DNA of 63,716 nt, filler included, from Choristocarpus tenellus KU-1152 (Eukaryota; Protista; Phaeophyceae): NCBI GenBank assembly GCA_964200185.2. It is 11 parts of 11 records of this genome, joined end to end, with 100 filler letters (N's around TTAATTAATTAA, not from the genome) between each part and the next. Parts side by side here need not be neighbours in the genome. Positions count along the whole stretch, not along the records: positions 39,105 to 44,235 come from CAXNAD020011778.1; positions 44,336 to 56,800 come from CAXNAD020001828.1; 9 more parts are not named here. One strand, given 5' to 3'. The notes under the pieces were generated by a model. The model was given only the letters and a program-made list of their open reading frames with translations, was not told the origin of the DNA and ran no database searches. Numbering within the stretch: the stretch's first letter is position 1; each line of letters starts with the position of its first letter. Position numbers and translations under genes: made by a program. Positions 42,805-54,400 of the stretch are shown here, piece by piece.

Positions 42805-43889
42805 CTGTAATGGCCGAAATATATTTATTCTTCAACGGCTACGAATCCTACTTTCCTTTTGTCCGGTGCAGTAATAATGTGTGTAAGCATATACCTCTTG
42901 CTTTGCTAACCCAATAAACTGCTGCCGCAGGAACTGAATGGAGTTTGAATACCCTCTGCAGTAGTAGTGGTGGCGGTATCTAAGTAAGTGTAGCCGATAA
43001 ATATCAGCATGTTTTGGTCAAACTGACTTGCCTTGTCAGCTCACAATTCTCTCCTAAATAAATAGATATGTTCAGCTGAACTGTACGTTTACTCTAATCA
43101 CTTTTATGTCTTTCTAGACCACTTGTCTGGGACTCCTCAGATCAATTATGAAGGGCGGTAACAGTTACAGATAAATATAATACCCCGATATTTCATTGAT
43201 GCAAACAATTGGACAATGGCATCAAAGTCTTGGGGAGTTACATATCAATAACTCGTTGGTGTAAAGGTGGTATGTTGCAGACAGTAGTTCTGTGTGGGCT
43301 GTTCGTCGCACCAGGTCTTTTGAGATCGCGTCATTAGCATACTTGTGCCACTAAACCTTGGAAAGTATTGCTATTTGGTCAGTGGTGAAGACAAGAAGAA
43401 GAGGGGAGCCTCACACGATTCCCCTTTGCTGGACGTGAAATGAATGGGTGGATGGAATTATAAGAGTGATCTTGTGGGGGTGTATGCTTGTCTTATTATT
43501 TTTTGTGCCTCATATGTAAGTCGACGGTAATGTCAGAGTGGTTTAACTGCAATACCAAACCCATACGTAATCCCCATACGCAATCGGGATGTACTATTTC
43601 ATTAGTTACATCACATGCACTCAGCAGTCCAATGCCATAATCTCACATACTCAAAAGGGTACACCTTACGATTGTCCTATTTTGCATACTCCCCCATGAA
43701 AGTGCAGGCAATGAAGGGTTGCTGGAACTCTTGAACCTGCAAAAAAAAAATCCCGTCTGAACCAAATTCATAATTAACTTTAACACTGAATCGAGTAATT
43801 TCACATATTACATAAAACAATAATAATACTACAGAGGCCTCCTACTAAATGTTACGTTTCCAGAAGTGCAAGCAGCCTCCCATCTGCCC

Positions 43890-44195
43890 CACTCATCCAC
43901 CAGCAATGGTGTAGCTGCTACTGCAGCTGAGGCGGGAAAGCGCACCCACTAGTACTAGGCACCTTTTGACCCTCGTAGTTAAAACCTCAACACCTTTACA
44001 GTGGAAAGTTTTGGGTGCCTCTTTAAGCAAGTGGAAAGTTTTTTTCGATGAGCTGGCTACGCACATGGTAGGTTGGAGAGGGACATGGGGCTAGAACAAC
44101 AGGAGAAAGGGGGCGGTCAAATCCCATCTACGCCAGATATTGTCAGTCACAACGCAAATAGTCCTATCTAGACGTGTCATGCGCTTTAAACTAAC
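43890..44195 (+). mobile_element. 3' end of a CRE-like (restriction-like endonuclease) non-LTR retrotransposon
   Basis: AEAGKRTH..FDPRS..TFTVESFG..FFDELATHMVG..KGAVKSHLRQILSVTTQIVLSRRVMRFKL, a C-terminus typical of brown-algal RLE LINEs. Frameshifted. Confidence 0.75.
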
Positions 44196-44335
44196 AGCCG
44201 ATTTCAAAAATTGAGGTTGGAGCTTTTCATTGAGGNNNNNNNNNNNNNNNNNNNNNNNNNNNNNNNNNNNNNNNNNNNNTTAATTAATTAANNNNNNNNN
44301 NNNNNNNNNNNNNNNNNNNNNNNNNNNNNNNNNNN

Positions 44336-44434
44336 TATCCACCCGACGCATGTAACCAAATCACATAAAGATTGCAACATGGGAAAAATGGGCCACAAAT
44401 GGACAGCCCCCCCCCCTCCCAGATACTCTGAGCC
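44336..44434 (+). mobile_element. MITE family A, right half (cut by contig start)
   Basis: TATCCACCCGACGCATG...CAAATGGACAGCC-polyC-AGATACTCTGAGCC. Confidence 0.8.
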
Positions 44435-44785
44435 TTCCCGCAATTGCAAAACCTACAGGACTGGGCTCAACACCATTCACATCGACGAGGGATGGTTCTA
44501 CCTCATCCACGACCGAGAGAAGTTGGGCATGTTCCTGGGGGAGGAAAAGGTGGGCTCGATGAAGGTGCAGTACAAGAGTCACATTCCCAAAGTGATGTTC
44601 ATCTCCGCTATTTTGCGCTTGGATCCTTCCCATGCTTTCAATGTCAAGTTTGGGATCTGGCGGGTTTGTGTCTTGAAGGAGTCACAACGGAGTACAGTGC
44701 TGCATACAAAGGGTGAGGAGTAAAGTTTGATGTCACTGTCGATGCTAAGTGGTACCTGGAGTGGTACATGAAGCAGCCCTCCAAA
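44435..44785 (+). mobile_element. Tc1/mariner (plant DD39D-like) transposase fragment
   Basis: IHIDEGWFYL...KSHIPKVMFISAI...KFGIW. Confidence 0.85.
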
Positions 44786-44799
44786 ACTCCATTCCAGCA

Positions 44800-46050
44800 C
44801 AGTATTTTACTGCATCCACCAGGGCATTCGGGGGGAGCTTGCTGGCCTCCTCGGACCTTTCCTCGCTAAGATGGGGAATTTTGAAGATGTTGTCACCCTT
44901 GGACCCCAACACTTACCATAGACTGTGAAGACACTTTTCCAGATACACTCTAGTGTCTCCTGGGGGTACATACTGAACTCCTTCATTGTGGCCTCCAACA
45001 GGTCCTCTGTGTTGGTCACCCCCATGTTTGCCTTCAGTTGCCGGATAGATCGTTAGAATCCCAATTCATTGATGTTGAGTTCAGGTGAGTTGGCTGACTG
45101 GGCCTCTATGACAATGTCAAACCTTGGCGCCTCCTCAATTGCCTCCATGATCCCGCCCTTGGCGTGTGGCTTTGCCCCATGCTGCTCCATGAAGTTGGTG
45201 TGTCCTTCCGGCCTAGGCATGCAGGCCTTGATTTCCAGGACGACATTCTCGATCATGAGGTTCTTGGCTCAAAGTATCTGGGGGTGGGGTGGCGGCTGTC
45301 CATTCAGGGCCTTATACCTCTCCTCGTCTACCGTGGCTGGCACAAGCACCTTGGTGCCCATGGGGCGGTATTTGCTGGAGCACTTGATTGGACAGTTCCC
45401 AATTTTACCATCGAACCACACTCCATTGGAGAGCTTCCTACGGCAGGCCACAGGTGCAAGGAACATTTCCTTCATAATGAAACACTTATTCTGTGCCTGG
45501 GGGGTTTGGGGGGGTCCTCAGTGGGGTGCAGGTTCACACCTTGCCCATCTTTGAGGATGTAAAACCACATGCACCCAGTCGTACAGATCATCCACTAATA
45601 GGTCACTTCCCCCCCTCTTGTGGGTGTGACTGATGGTAAAACCCACCCTGTTGTCTTTCTGCTGGTCTGAGAGGACTGGTTTGTTCCACTGCTTGACCTT
45701 CTTGACCTTCTCATCCTCGCATAGATCCTACAACGAGGCAAAGGGGACCCCAGCTTTGGCCACCCATTCGCAGAAGAATGTGCAGTGTACTGATGGGACA
45801 ACCAAATGTCAATGGTACTTCTACGGCAGCCACATCACCTGTGCAATGTCGTACAAGGTCCATGCATTCACCCCATGCAATCTGGCTGTTATTCTCCTTC
45901 AGATGATGAAACATGGTGATTCGGGAAGTTCCGAAGTCCTCTGCAATAGTTGTTGCCGTCTACTGAGGCATCCAAATCTCATGCCCTCTTGCCTCCATGC
46001 ATCACGCCACCATGCTGTTCTTCATTGGGGTGTTGGAGTCCCGACCCCCA
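44800..46050 (-). mobile_element. Decayed Tc1/mariner (plant-mariner-like) transposase
   Basis: KEMFLAPVA..WFDGKIG..KVLVPATVDEERYK..EQHGAKPH..QSANSPELNINELGF..YPQETLECIW, a decayed QQDNAKPH...PNSPDLNVLDLGF with 37-residue spacing. Confidence 0.85.
45266..45310 (-). mobile_element. 45-bp internally deleted MITE A, TSD CTT
   Basis: CTT-GGCTCAAAGTATCTG...GTCCATTCAGGGC-CTT. Removal restores RYKNLMIE in the mariner ORF. Confidence 0.75.
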
Positions 46051-48236
46051 ACAGACTTGGGGTCTAAGGAATTGGGACTGATGGGCAACAACAAGGTAAG
46101 CGAGATGCTTGAATGATGCGGTCTTCATCTAGGGCATCCCAATAAACACCGGCTTTGACAGTTTCACGAGGTTTTCGAACTCCGTCAAATGCAACTCGAT
46201 CAACTTTGCAATGGCGATCCTCCACAGTCATGATACCCTACCATCTCAAACCTTGCACGCCTCCCAATCTCTAAGAGAACTAACCATCATCTAGAGAGTT
46301 CATTATGTGGGTTGTTCCCGGGCAAGAATGGAGCTTGCAAAGTTATATTTCATAAATCCCTATTGGAGGAAATAGTTGGTATGACAGGTAGTGCATGGTG
46401 TAGTGCCTCTGACCACATGTTGGGATCATCCCCACTAACGTGAGAAAAAAAGTAGGAACAAATATTCCAAGTAAACAATGACCACACGCCATGTTGAGTG
46501 TATAGTATGCAATATTAACTATGTTGATATTTAGGACACATCGTCTTAGTTCTCTCTGTACACCTCCAACCCCCTGACCACCATATCCCCCGTCAAGCAA
46601 TGTGGTGTCTACTTCTTACTGTGCAACCAAGTAAGGCAGAAACTAACAATTCCATGACCCAGATGGCAAAACATCGACAACAGTGGTAATAGTGTTGAAA
46701 GCTCTCCTCACAACACAAGAATTACACCACCACCAGCCAAACCAACATAAAGGTGACAAAAGCCGCGAAACCATGAAGCATGACTGCGTGTACGTGTGTA
46801 TAATCATGCCCCATTGCCAAGAACCGACTACATCTCCCTTGCAAAACCAGGTGGGTACAAAACTCTTGCCGGTAAATTTTCAGATTACACTCCAATAGTC
46901 AATACATAGTCGTGACTGGATGGAGTAAGATACCCTCAACGACATACCTACTACTGCAAATCACCCAAACCTCACTCACTCTACGTAACATCCCTACGCA
47001 TTGGCCTCAAGGCAGAAGCAATACACCAGGACAACCACCCACTCAGCTGTAGCACTAGCCTCTATCACGTGTCAAGGATGATCCTGCACTCAAGAACAAT
47101 AATGATATGATGCCAGAGTCTTTGGGCAGGCCTTCTTGATCTATCCTTTCCCCCTAAATTGACAAGAAAAAAGTGTCTCTGTTCAATTCACAGCACTATA
47201 CAGCTGAGTTTGTTAGTCTCCATGACCAAAATTGAAACGCTATCAAGTTCTTGAAGCTACAACTGTAGTGAGGGGGTGGGTATGAGAACATGGAAAAAAC
47301 GCCCATGTATTCATCTCCCTCTCCTACCCCTTACTCTCAATCTTCCTTGCTCTCCTCCTCCTTCAACATATCCATTCCCCTCCAAATAAAATTTCCATAT
47401 AATATGAGAAAGTACAATATCATAGTGCTCAAGTGCTTTAGTACAATTGTCACAGGACCAAGGTGTGCAATTGTTCCATTACTTGGATGTTTGCCAGGCT
47501 AGATTATTGCCATTTCCAAGACACACCCACCGCACCCCACATGCTATCCACCACTCCACCATCACCTTCCTACAATGCATTATCAAATCAGCAGCAGCAA
47601 GCACCAATATCAAGAACAAGGATCATGTAGATCTCTCTAGCTTATCGGAAGCCTAAAAACACACACAAAAAAAACACCTCCTTTTTGCTCTTCTTACTGC
47701 TGTGGCAAATTCACACTATACTACCTTCTTCAACTGCACTTCCATATCCATCCAATAGCTGCTGCTATCAAAGAGCAATTCACTTGGCCCCCTTGATCCC
47801 AACATCAATACAAGTTCCAAGTCCGTCCCCAGCAGATATCGACACCTATGTCTGACACTTAATGACTCTCCATCCAGTTCCCCCCTGGCCTGTCTGTCCA
47901 AGAAACCAGGTAGCTCTTCCATCTGCCTGTTTGGCGGCAACACGACCTTACTAACAACAAAAACAAGCTTTTGATTCACCTCGATGTTGCTGTTATGTAG
48001 CCATTGACGCTTCCCTCAAACGTCCCCAACATCAACACACAGAACACCTAGGCGGAACAAATGATGGTGTACTTGGTCATCAATCAAGTGCATTTGGGTC
48101 AAATCACCTCTTTCCATCCAACGATTCATTTGGTATCCATGTGGGGGAAAGGAAACAAAGCATGGAGCCTCCAGAAGCACATCAACCTTTCCCCATGCAC
48201 CCCCGTCCCACTTCCCCTGATGACATTGCTTCTACT

Positions 48237-51200
48237 TTACGATTGTTTACAGTCTGGTGCGCCCTCTACTGCTCCATCCTCTAATGGGCAGTTGAGTACA
48301 GCATGGGCACGGGAGCGGCGACTTGTTGCTGTCGCAGTAGAACTCTCTTTGGTGACTGAAGTGCTCATGTTTACGATGTTTTCCTTGTCAGCACCTGGAA
48401 GAGGTGTCTGTGCCTGCCAGTGGGTGGAGGAAAGGAATGGAGATAGGAGAGGGGTGGGAGGAATTAGGTAATATTTTGAGTAATTACATGGACATTACAA
48501 CCGCTGCAAAAGAAGCACAGTCAAGGGTACCTTTATTGCTCATTACCTAGTCCTGTACCCTAACTCAATCCAAATTTCACTGCATAGCAGTGATTCCATG
48601 GTAAAGCTAATAGTATCTCTTCACAACAAAACCACAACATCTGAACCTATGACATGCTCTCAGTCATTATGTCACAATGACACTTACTGCCTAAAATACA
48701 TATATTCTCAGAAGTGAAACTTCAATGTGTACAAGCACTGCACAAAACTCATAAAACAAGAACTTTCTTGATAGCAGGCTGAAGGGGTCTAGAAAGGGGT
48801 ATAATACACACCAGGAAACAAGAGCAGAAAGTTGGAGGAGGGTGAGGGTTTTCCATTACCTTGCTTGGTGCCAGCACTGGGGAATGTTGGGATGTTGGAG
48901 CTTTCTTGAGGTGGTTGGCATGGTCGAGGCGCTCTTGGAGATCTTCCCGTTCAGTCTCATGCTCCTCCATCTGCTTTCGCATATTCTTGATCTCAAGCAT
49001 AAGTTCCAAGTTCTCTTTCTGAGGAGGGGTTAAACAGAGGGAACAGAGTAACGGGTGAGCAAGAATTAAAACAATGACCAAGAAAGGAATTCAATCGCTT
49101 TCAGAAGAGGAAGGATGACATGTGGAAATGACGTCCCAGTCCTTACGCAGGTCACTCTTTAAGGGTTTGATACAGTTCAACTAATGACTGAATGTCACGA
49201 CATATTCGCAACAAAGTATATGAATATCGCAGCACAGTTCCCCACACTTTTATATTCGTCTGACTACACCGAATCAGATGCACATCACAATACCAAGGGG
49301 TGAAAGAAGAGCTTTATTGCCCATGAACATCACCTCAAGTAACTTCAACTCCTCATCATTGCTCTCAACCTCCACCATTGCTCTGAGCCGTTGAGCTTCT
49401 TCTTCTGCACTCCTTGCTCGAGCCATTGCACCCTCTAGCCTTGCCTTCAGGCTCTCCTCTTCAACCTTCACAGCTCGGAATTGCCCGAGGCCTGCTTTCA
49501 TTTTCTCCTCCATCTCCACCCGCTCCGCTTCTGCCTGACGCACTGCAGTCAACGCCTTCTCAAGTTCTTCATCTTGAGCAACCTTTGCCATCCTGGCCTC
49601 ATCCTTGGCAGCTGCAACCGCTGCTGTCACCGCTGCTTCCATTGCGCCACTACCACTTCCATTGCCCCCCCCCCCGACCCGCCCACCAACTGTGCTCATG
49701 ACACTAAGCGTAGATGCATCCGAGGAGCAATGGTTTCCAAATGCTCGCTCTGAGAGCTCAAGCACCGCCTCTGCAAGGTCCTCCAAGTCCTCTGGAGCAA
49801 AACCCGCCTCCACCAGCACTGTACGAACCCTAGTCAACTGTCTTTCCAGTCCATGAACATGCTTAGCATACCTACGGAGCTTGTCTGCCAGCTTCTGCCT
49901 GTCATTTTCCAGCTCCACCACACGGTCTGCTACACCCCTACCACTTTCACCGCCAACAATGCTAGTGCCCCTCTCCTTCTCCCCTTTGGAGGCTGCTGCT
50001 GCATTGGCACTAACACGGGCCGCCTCCACTGCCACAGCCAGCTTTTGCCTCAGACCTTCATTCTCAGCTAGGGCAGCCTTCTTTGCTTCCTTGAGGTCCA
50101 AGTAGTTCTGGTGGGCCGTCGCAGTGAATTTGACCTTCTCCAGCTTACAGATGCGGGCATCCTTCTGCTCAGCTGCCTCTCGCTGTGATGCAAGCTCAGC
50201 TCTCAACCATTCTGCCTCAGACCGTGCAGCAGAGATAGAGGATGCTGCTCCAGCCCTTTCCCTCCGCTCTGCATCCAGGGCCTCCTCGACCTCTTTCATG
50301 GCACACTCTTTCTCCAAAACAGCCTGCCGGGTGTACAGTTAGATATAATAGCGTTTTGGTGTATTATCATTCACTTTCATCAGGCGCGTGAAACTATCAC
50401 CCTGTCAACTGCACTACTTTTGTTGGATTGTTCGCTGCTTTCAACACAGGTGAGGATGTCATGTTCCATTCTAGCAGAGGAATCAAAGTACAGGTGGAAA
50501 CTGTTTTGATGTATTATTGTGATGTAGGTGGAGGAATCTTTGATCCCTTGTGGAGTGAACTATCACATGTGTATTCAAACACTTAGTGACAGCAGTCTGC
50601 CTTTTCCCAACACAATTTTCATATCCACATCTACCTACTCCCTCTGACCCCAATATCATCCAATAAATGTCATGTCCTCAACCAAATCAATCAGGGCAAG
50701 AACGCTCAGAATCAACCCCACCTCTTATATTGCAAATACAAAAGACACACAGAGACACAAACACACCTCTCCTCCCCCTCCCTCCCTCAAAATACTAATA
50801 TAGATGAAAAAAATGAATCGCTCAATCCCCCACCCAGCTAGACCTCCACCTAAAACCCCTGACCTTCTCAAGCCCTGCCATGCGCTCCGTGGCGGCCTTG
50901 ATAACAACATCCTGCTCCTCAGCTGCCCTCTTCTCCGCATCTGCCATGGCCGACCTCAGCCCCAGCAGCTCCTTCTCCATCTCATCTGCCTTAGATTCAG
51001 CCAACATCTTGCCTTCCATCAGGCCCTCCATCTCGGCCAGGAGACCTGCCCGCTCCTGCTCCCCTGCCCGCCCAGCCTCCCTGGTGCTCCTCTCCACTGC
51101 TGAACGAAGAGACTCCTCCAGTTCCAAAGTATGTTCTCGTTCTGACATGACCTCTCGCTCCAGTGCCTTGACCTCAACAACCTGCGCCTCTATACGTCGC

Positions 51201-51438
51201 CGTAGCTGCTGCTCAGTCGATTCACTCTGTGTAGACAGTGGGGGAAGGGGGAGGGGGGGGGGGGGGGGGGGGGGGGGTTTTTGGGTGGAATAAAAGCAGC
51301 ACTGGTAATACAGAGAGAAACAAGAAAGCAACATGGATAGGTTCAGACTGCCNNNNNNNNNNCTCCCCCCCCCTGCCCCCCCCCCCCCACCCCCTCCGCC
51401 TGCTGTTTCGGGGTTTGTGGCGGTGGCGGGGTCGTTCT

Positions 51439-51497
<59 letters not shown>

Positions 51498-54400
51498 CTT
51501 GGTTGATATAAAAGCAGCACTGGTAATACAGAGAGAATCAAGAAAGCAACATGGATAGGTTCAGACTGCCAGAACCATCACAACAGAGGCAAGGGTATCA
51601 AACTTGACAATGCGGCAAGTCATTTCCCTACATTTACACAACATACAAAAGTATTCAGCTACCCAAAAGGCTCGATAGCACTATCAAATTCAAAAAGTTA
51701 GAAGGACCAGAGGGATGCGTTAGAGACCAAGACCTTGTCCACGGTCAACAAATCCGCCATCAGATCAACCAACTCCCTCAAACTCACCATGGCTCTCGCC
51801 TCTGCCACCTGCCTCTCCGCCAATCTCAACCTCTCCTTCATTTCAGCACAGTTCTGCCTGGCCTCCGTCGCATCCCGACCCTCCCGAGCCACAACAGCTG
51901 AGAGACGGTCCACCTCTTCAGAGAGTTCCTTCACTTTGACCTCCCCTAATGACACCAACCTCTCAGCTTCTGCCTTCACCTCTGCCACTGCTGCAGCAGT
52001 GTCAAAGCTCGCTTTTTTGACAACCACCTCCATTTCTGCTCTCACCTCTTCAACGGCACCATCGCACTCAACCTTAGCCTCCAAACGAACTCTTTCGAGT
52101 TCAGTGCGGGCCTTCTCCAGATGTGCCTTGGTGACATCCAGCTCTGCTGAGGTGTCGGCTGCATGCGCCAGCATCTGGGCTTGTTCTGCCTTGGAAGATG
52201 CTTCCTCCTCCGCAACAGCCTTCATTTGCACAATGTATGTATATATATTATTTATTTTATCGTAGCAGGAAGGGGAAAGGACAGGTCACACAGTACCATG
52301 GTTGTGATCATCATCAGCTCAATCAACTGTGGTCAGGAAGAGAGGGAGGCAAAGTGGTAAGGTAAACACAACGGAAAATCGTGGAACACCAAATACTGAG
52401 AGTATTTCTTATTCTTGTTCAAGATGGTCCTATATTATCAACAAGAGCCCGTTTTCATTGCCAGCATCATCAAGTAGAAACGCCTTCAAATGTAAAATTT
52501 CATATTTGTTAAAAAAAAAAAAAGGAGAGAGACACACACACAAGCAGGCCATCCCACCACCAGAAAAGAGACAAGACTTCTTCTCTCCATAGCACGAAGA
52601 CCTCAAACACACAGACTCATACAAATGAACACACCAATCTACAAAACAACACTGTGAAAGAGCCAATGCAAATACACACACCTCCATGGCAGCAATACGT
52701 GCATTGAGGTCCATGTTCTCATCCGAGACCCTCTCATATTCTGTTCGCATAATCTCCACTTCCTGTTGAAGGCGTTTGCTACGGACTTCAATATCCCGTG
52801 CCTCCCCCTCCACCACACTGCAACGGCATTTGGCAGCCTTGAGGTCTTCCTGCAGATCCTCCACTGACTTCTCCAGTTCATGCACTCTCATGTTCTCCCC
52901 CTCTTCTACCCCTGCAGCAACAACAAGGTCTTCCTCCATCCTGGAAAGGCGTTCCTGGAGGCGTTTAGACTCCAACTCAAGCTGTGAGCAGCGTCCACGC
53001 GCTCTGTCGCCAGACTCCTACAGCAATTAAGGATTAAGGAAAAGAAAGTGATTATATACAAGGTTAAGGGATGAGAGATGGGTGCGGCAATGGGCAGCAT
53101 TTTGAGGGGGGGGACGGGAGGGGTTGTAAGCTGTGTATTTCATGCTAGAAAAAGCTAGAGAACAGAGATAGGACAAGCAGGAGAGATCAGACGTGTTCGT
53201 CTCTGCAAAAACATCTGACAGAAGTGCATCCAATTCAAAGAGAACAAACAGAGCCAGTCGCTCTCCCACAAAAGGAATCACTCCCACCCTAGGGCACCAT
53301 ACACTGCTCCAGTGCTACACAGGGATACTGCTTTACAGCATCAAGTAGAGACAACAAAATGGGCCTTGTATAGCAAGCTCATTCAAACCCCACCTGGATC
53401 TCCATCTGCTCAGCCACAACCCTAGTCAGCTTTGCCTCTGCCCCCACCAGCGCCTCCTTTGCACGCAAACCATCGCTAACCAAACCCTCTGACTGCTTAA
53501 GCCGAGCCAAGGCACCCTCCAGTTCACACTCCAGACGCTTCTCTCTTGCAGCACGCTTGGCACCCTCACTACGGCGCTCTTCAGCAGCCTCTGTCTCCAT
53601 AGCATCCCGGCGATCCTTCTCACCCTGCAGGAGGTCCACACGGCACTGGAGCTGTGAGATCTTCTTAAGAAGAGTGCCCTCGTCAGCGTTAGCGCTACCG
53701 GCATCTGCCTCTGCTGCTGAGAGCATAGCCTTGACTTCTTTCAGCTCAGCCCGGAGATTAAACGCCTCCTTCACAGCTGTGTCCACCTCGCTACCTCTCT
53801 TGTCCAGTTCCACACGGAGGCGTTGTATCTCTTCAACCGAGGCATCTGATCGGTTGGTAGACCCTGCTGCTGTAGCAACCCCCTTTGCCTGAGCGACTGC
53901 CTGAGCCACAGCTGCTTCTGCTAGCTCTCGGGCTCCATCGGCTTCTGCCAGGCGGGCCTCTGAGGCCTGCACCTGGGTAAAGGGCAAATGAGAGATTAAA
54001 ATGAAGGACAGCTGTCAACAACAAAAAATAGAAATGTGCAGGAGGAGTACCAACTTACATTGGATGAACACCCACATCAGGCCAATGCCCCTCTTAATCA
54101 AGTCAATCTAGATTTGGCAGCAATAGTGAAAAAATGATGGCAGACACCACCAGCAACACAGGAGACGGCATAATATCTGATAATATCTGAAGACCAAGAA
54201 AAAAAAGGACAGAACTTGACATCATTGCACACTACGTGAGCATGGGGTAGAATCTGGACATCTCCATGCGAGACGCAAGGCATAATTTTTCACTCCACCG
54301 CTACTCCAGAGTATGTAAGTGACTATCAATAGGAAGTTGTTGCACTGTTCAGTTTTTGAAAAGTAGAAAAACTAAAAACCACAAGAATCCAACACGTATC

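Noticed and set aside
51240-51570. Poly-G tracts, ~60-bp duplication and proline-rich ORF start (50822..51541)
   Set aside because: Intronic, duplicated around an N gap; the real exon starts at 51226.
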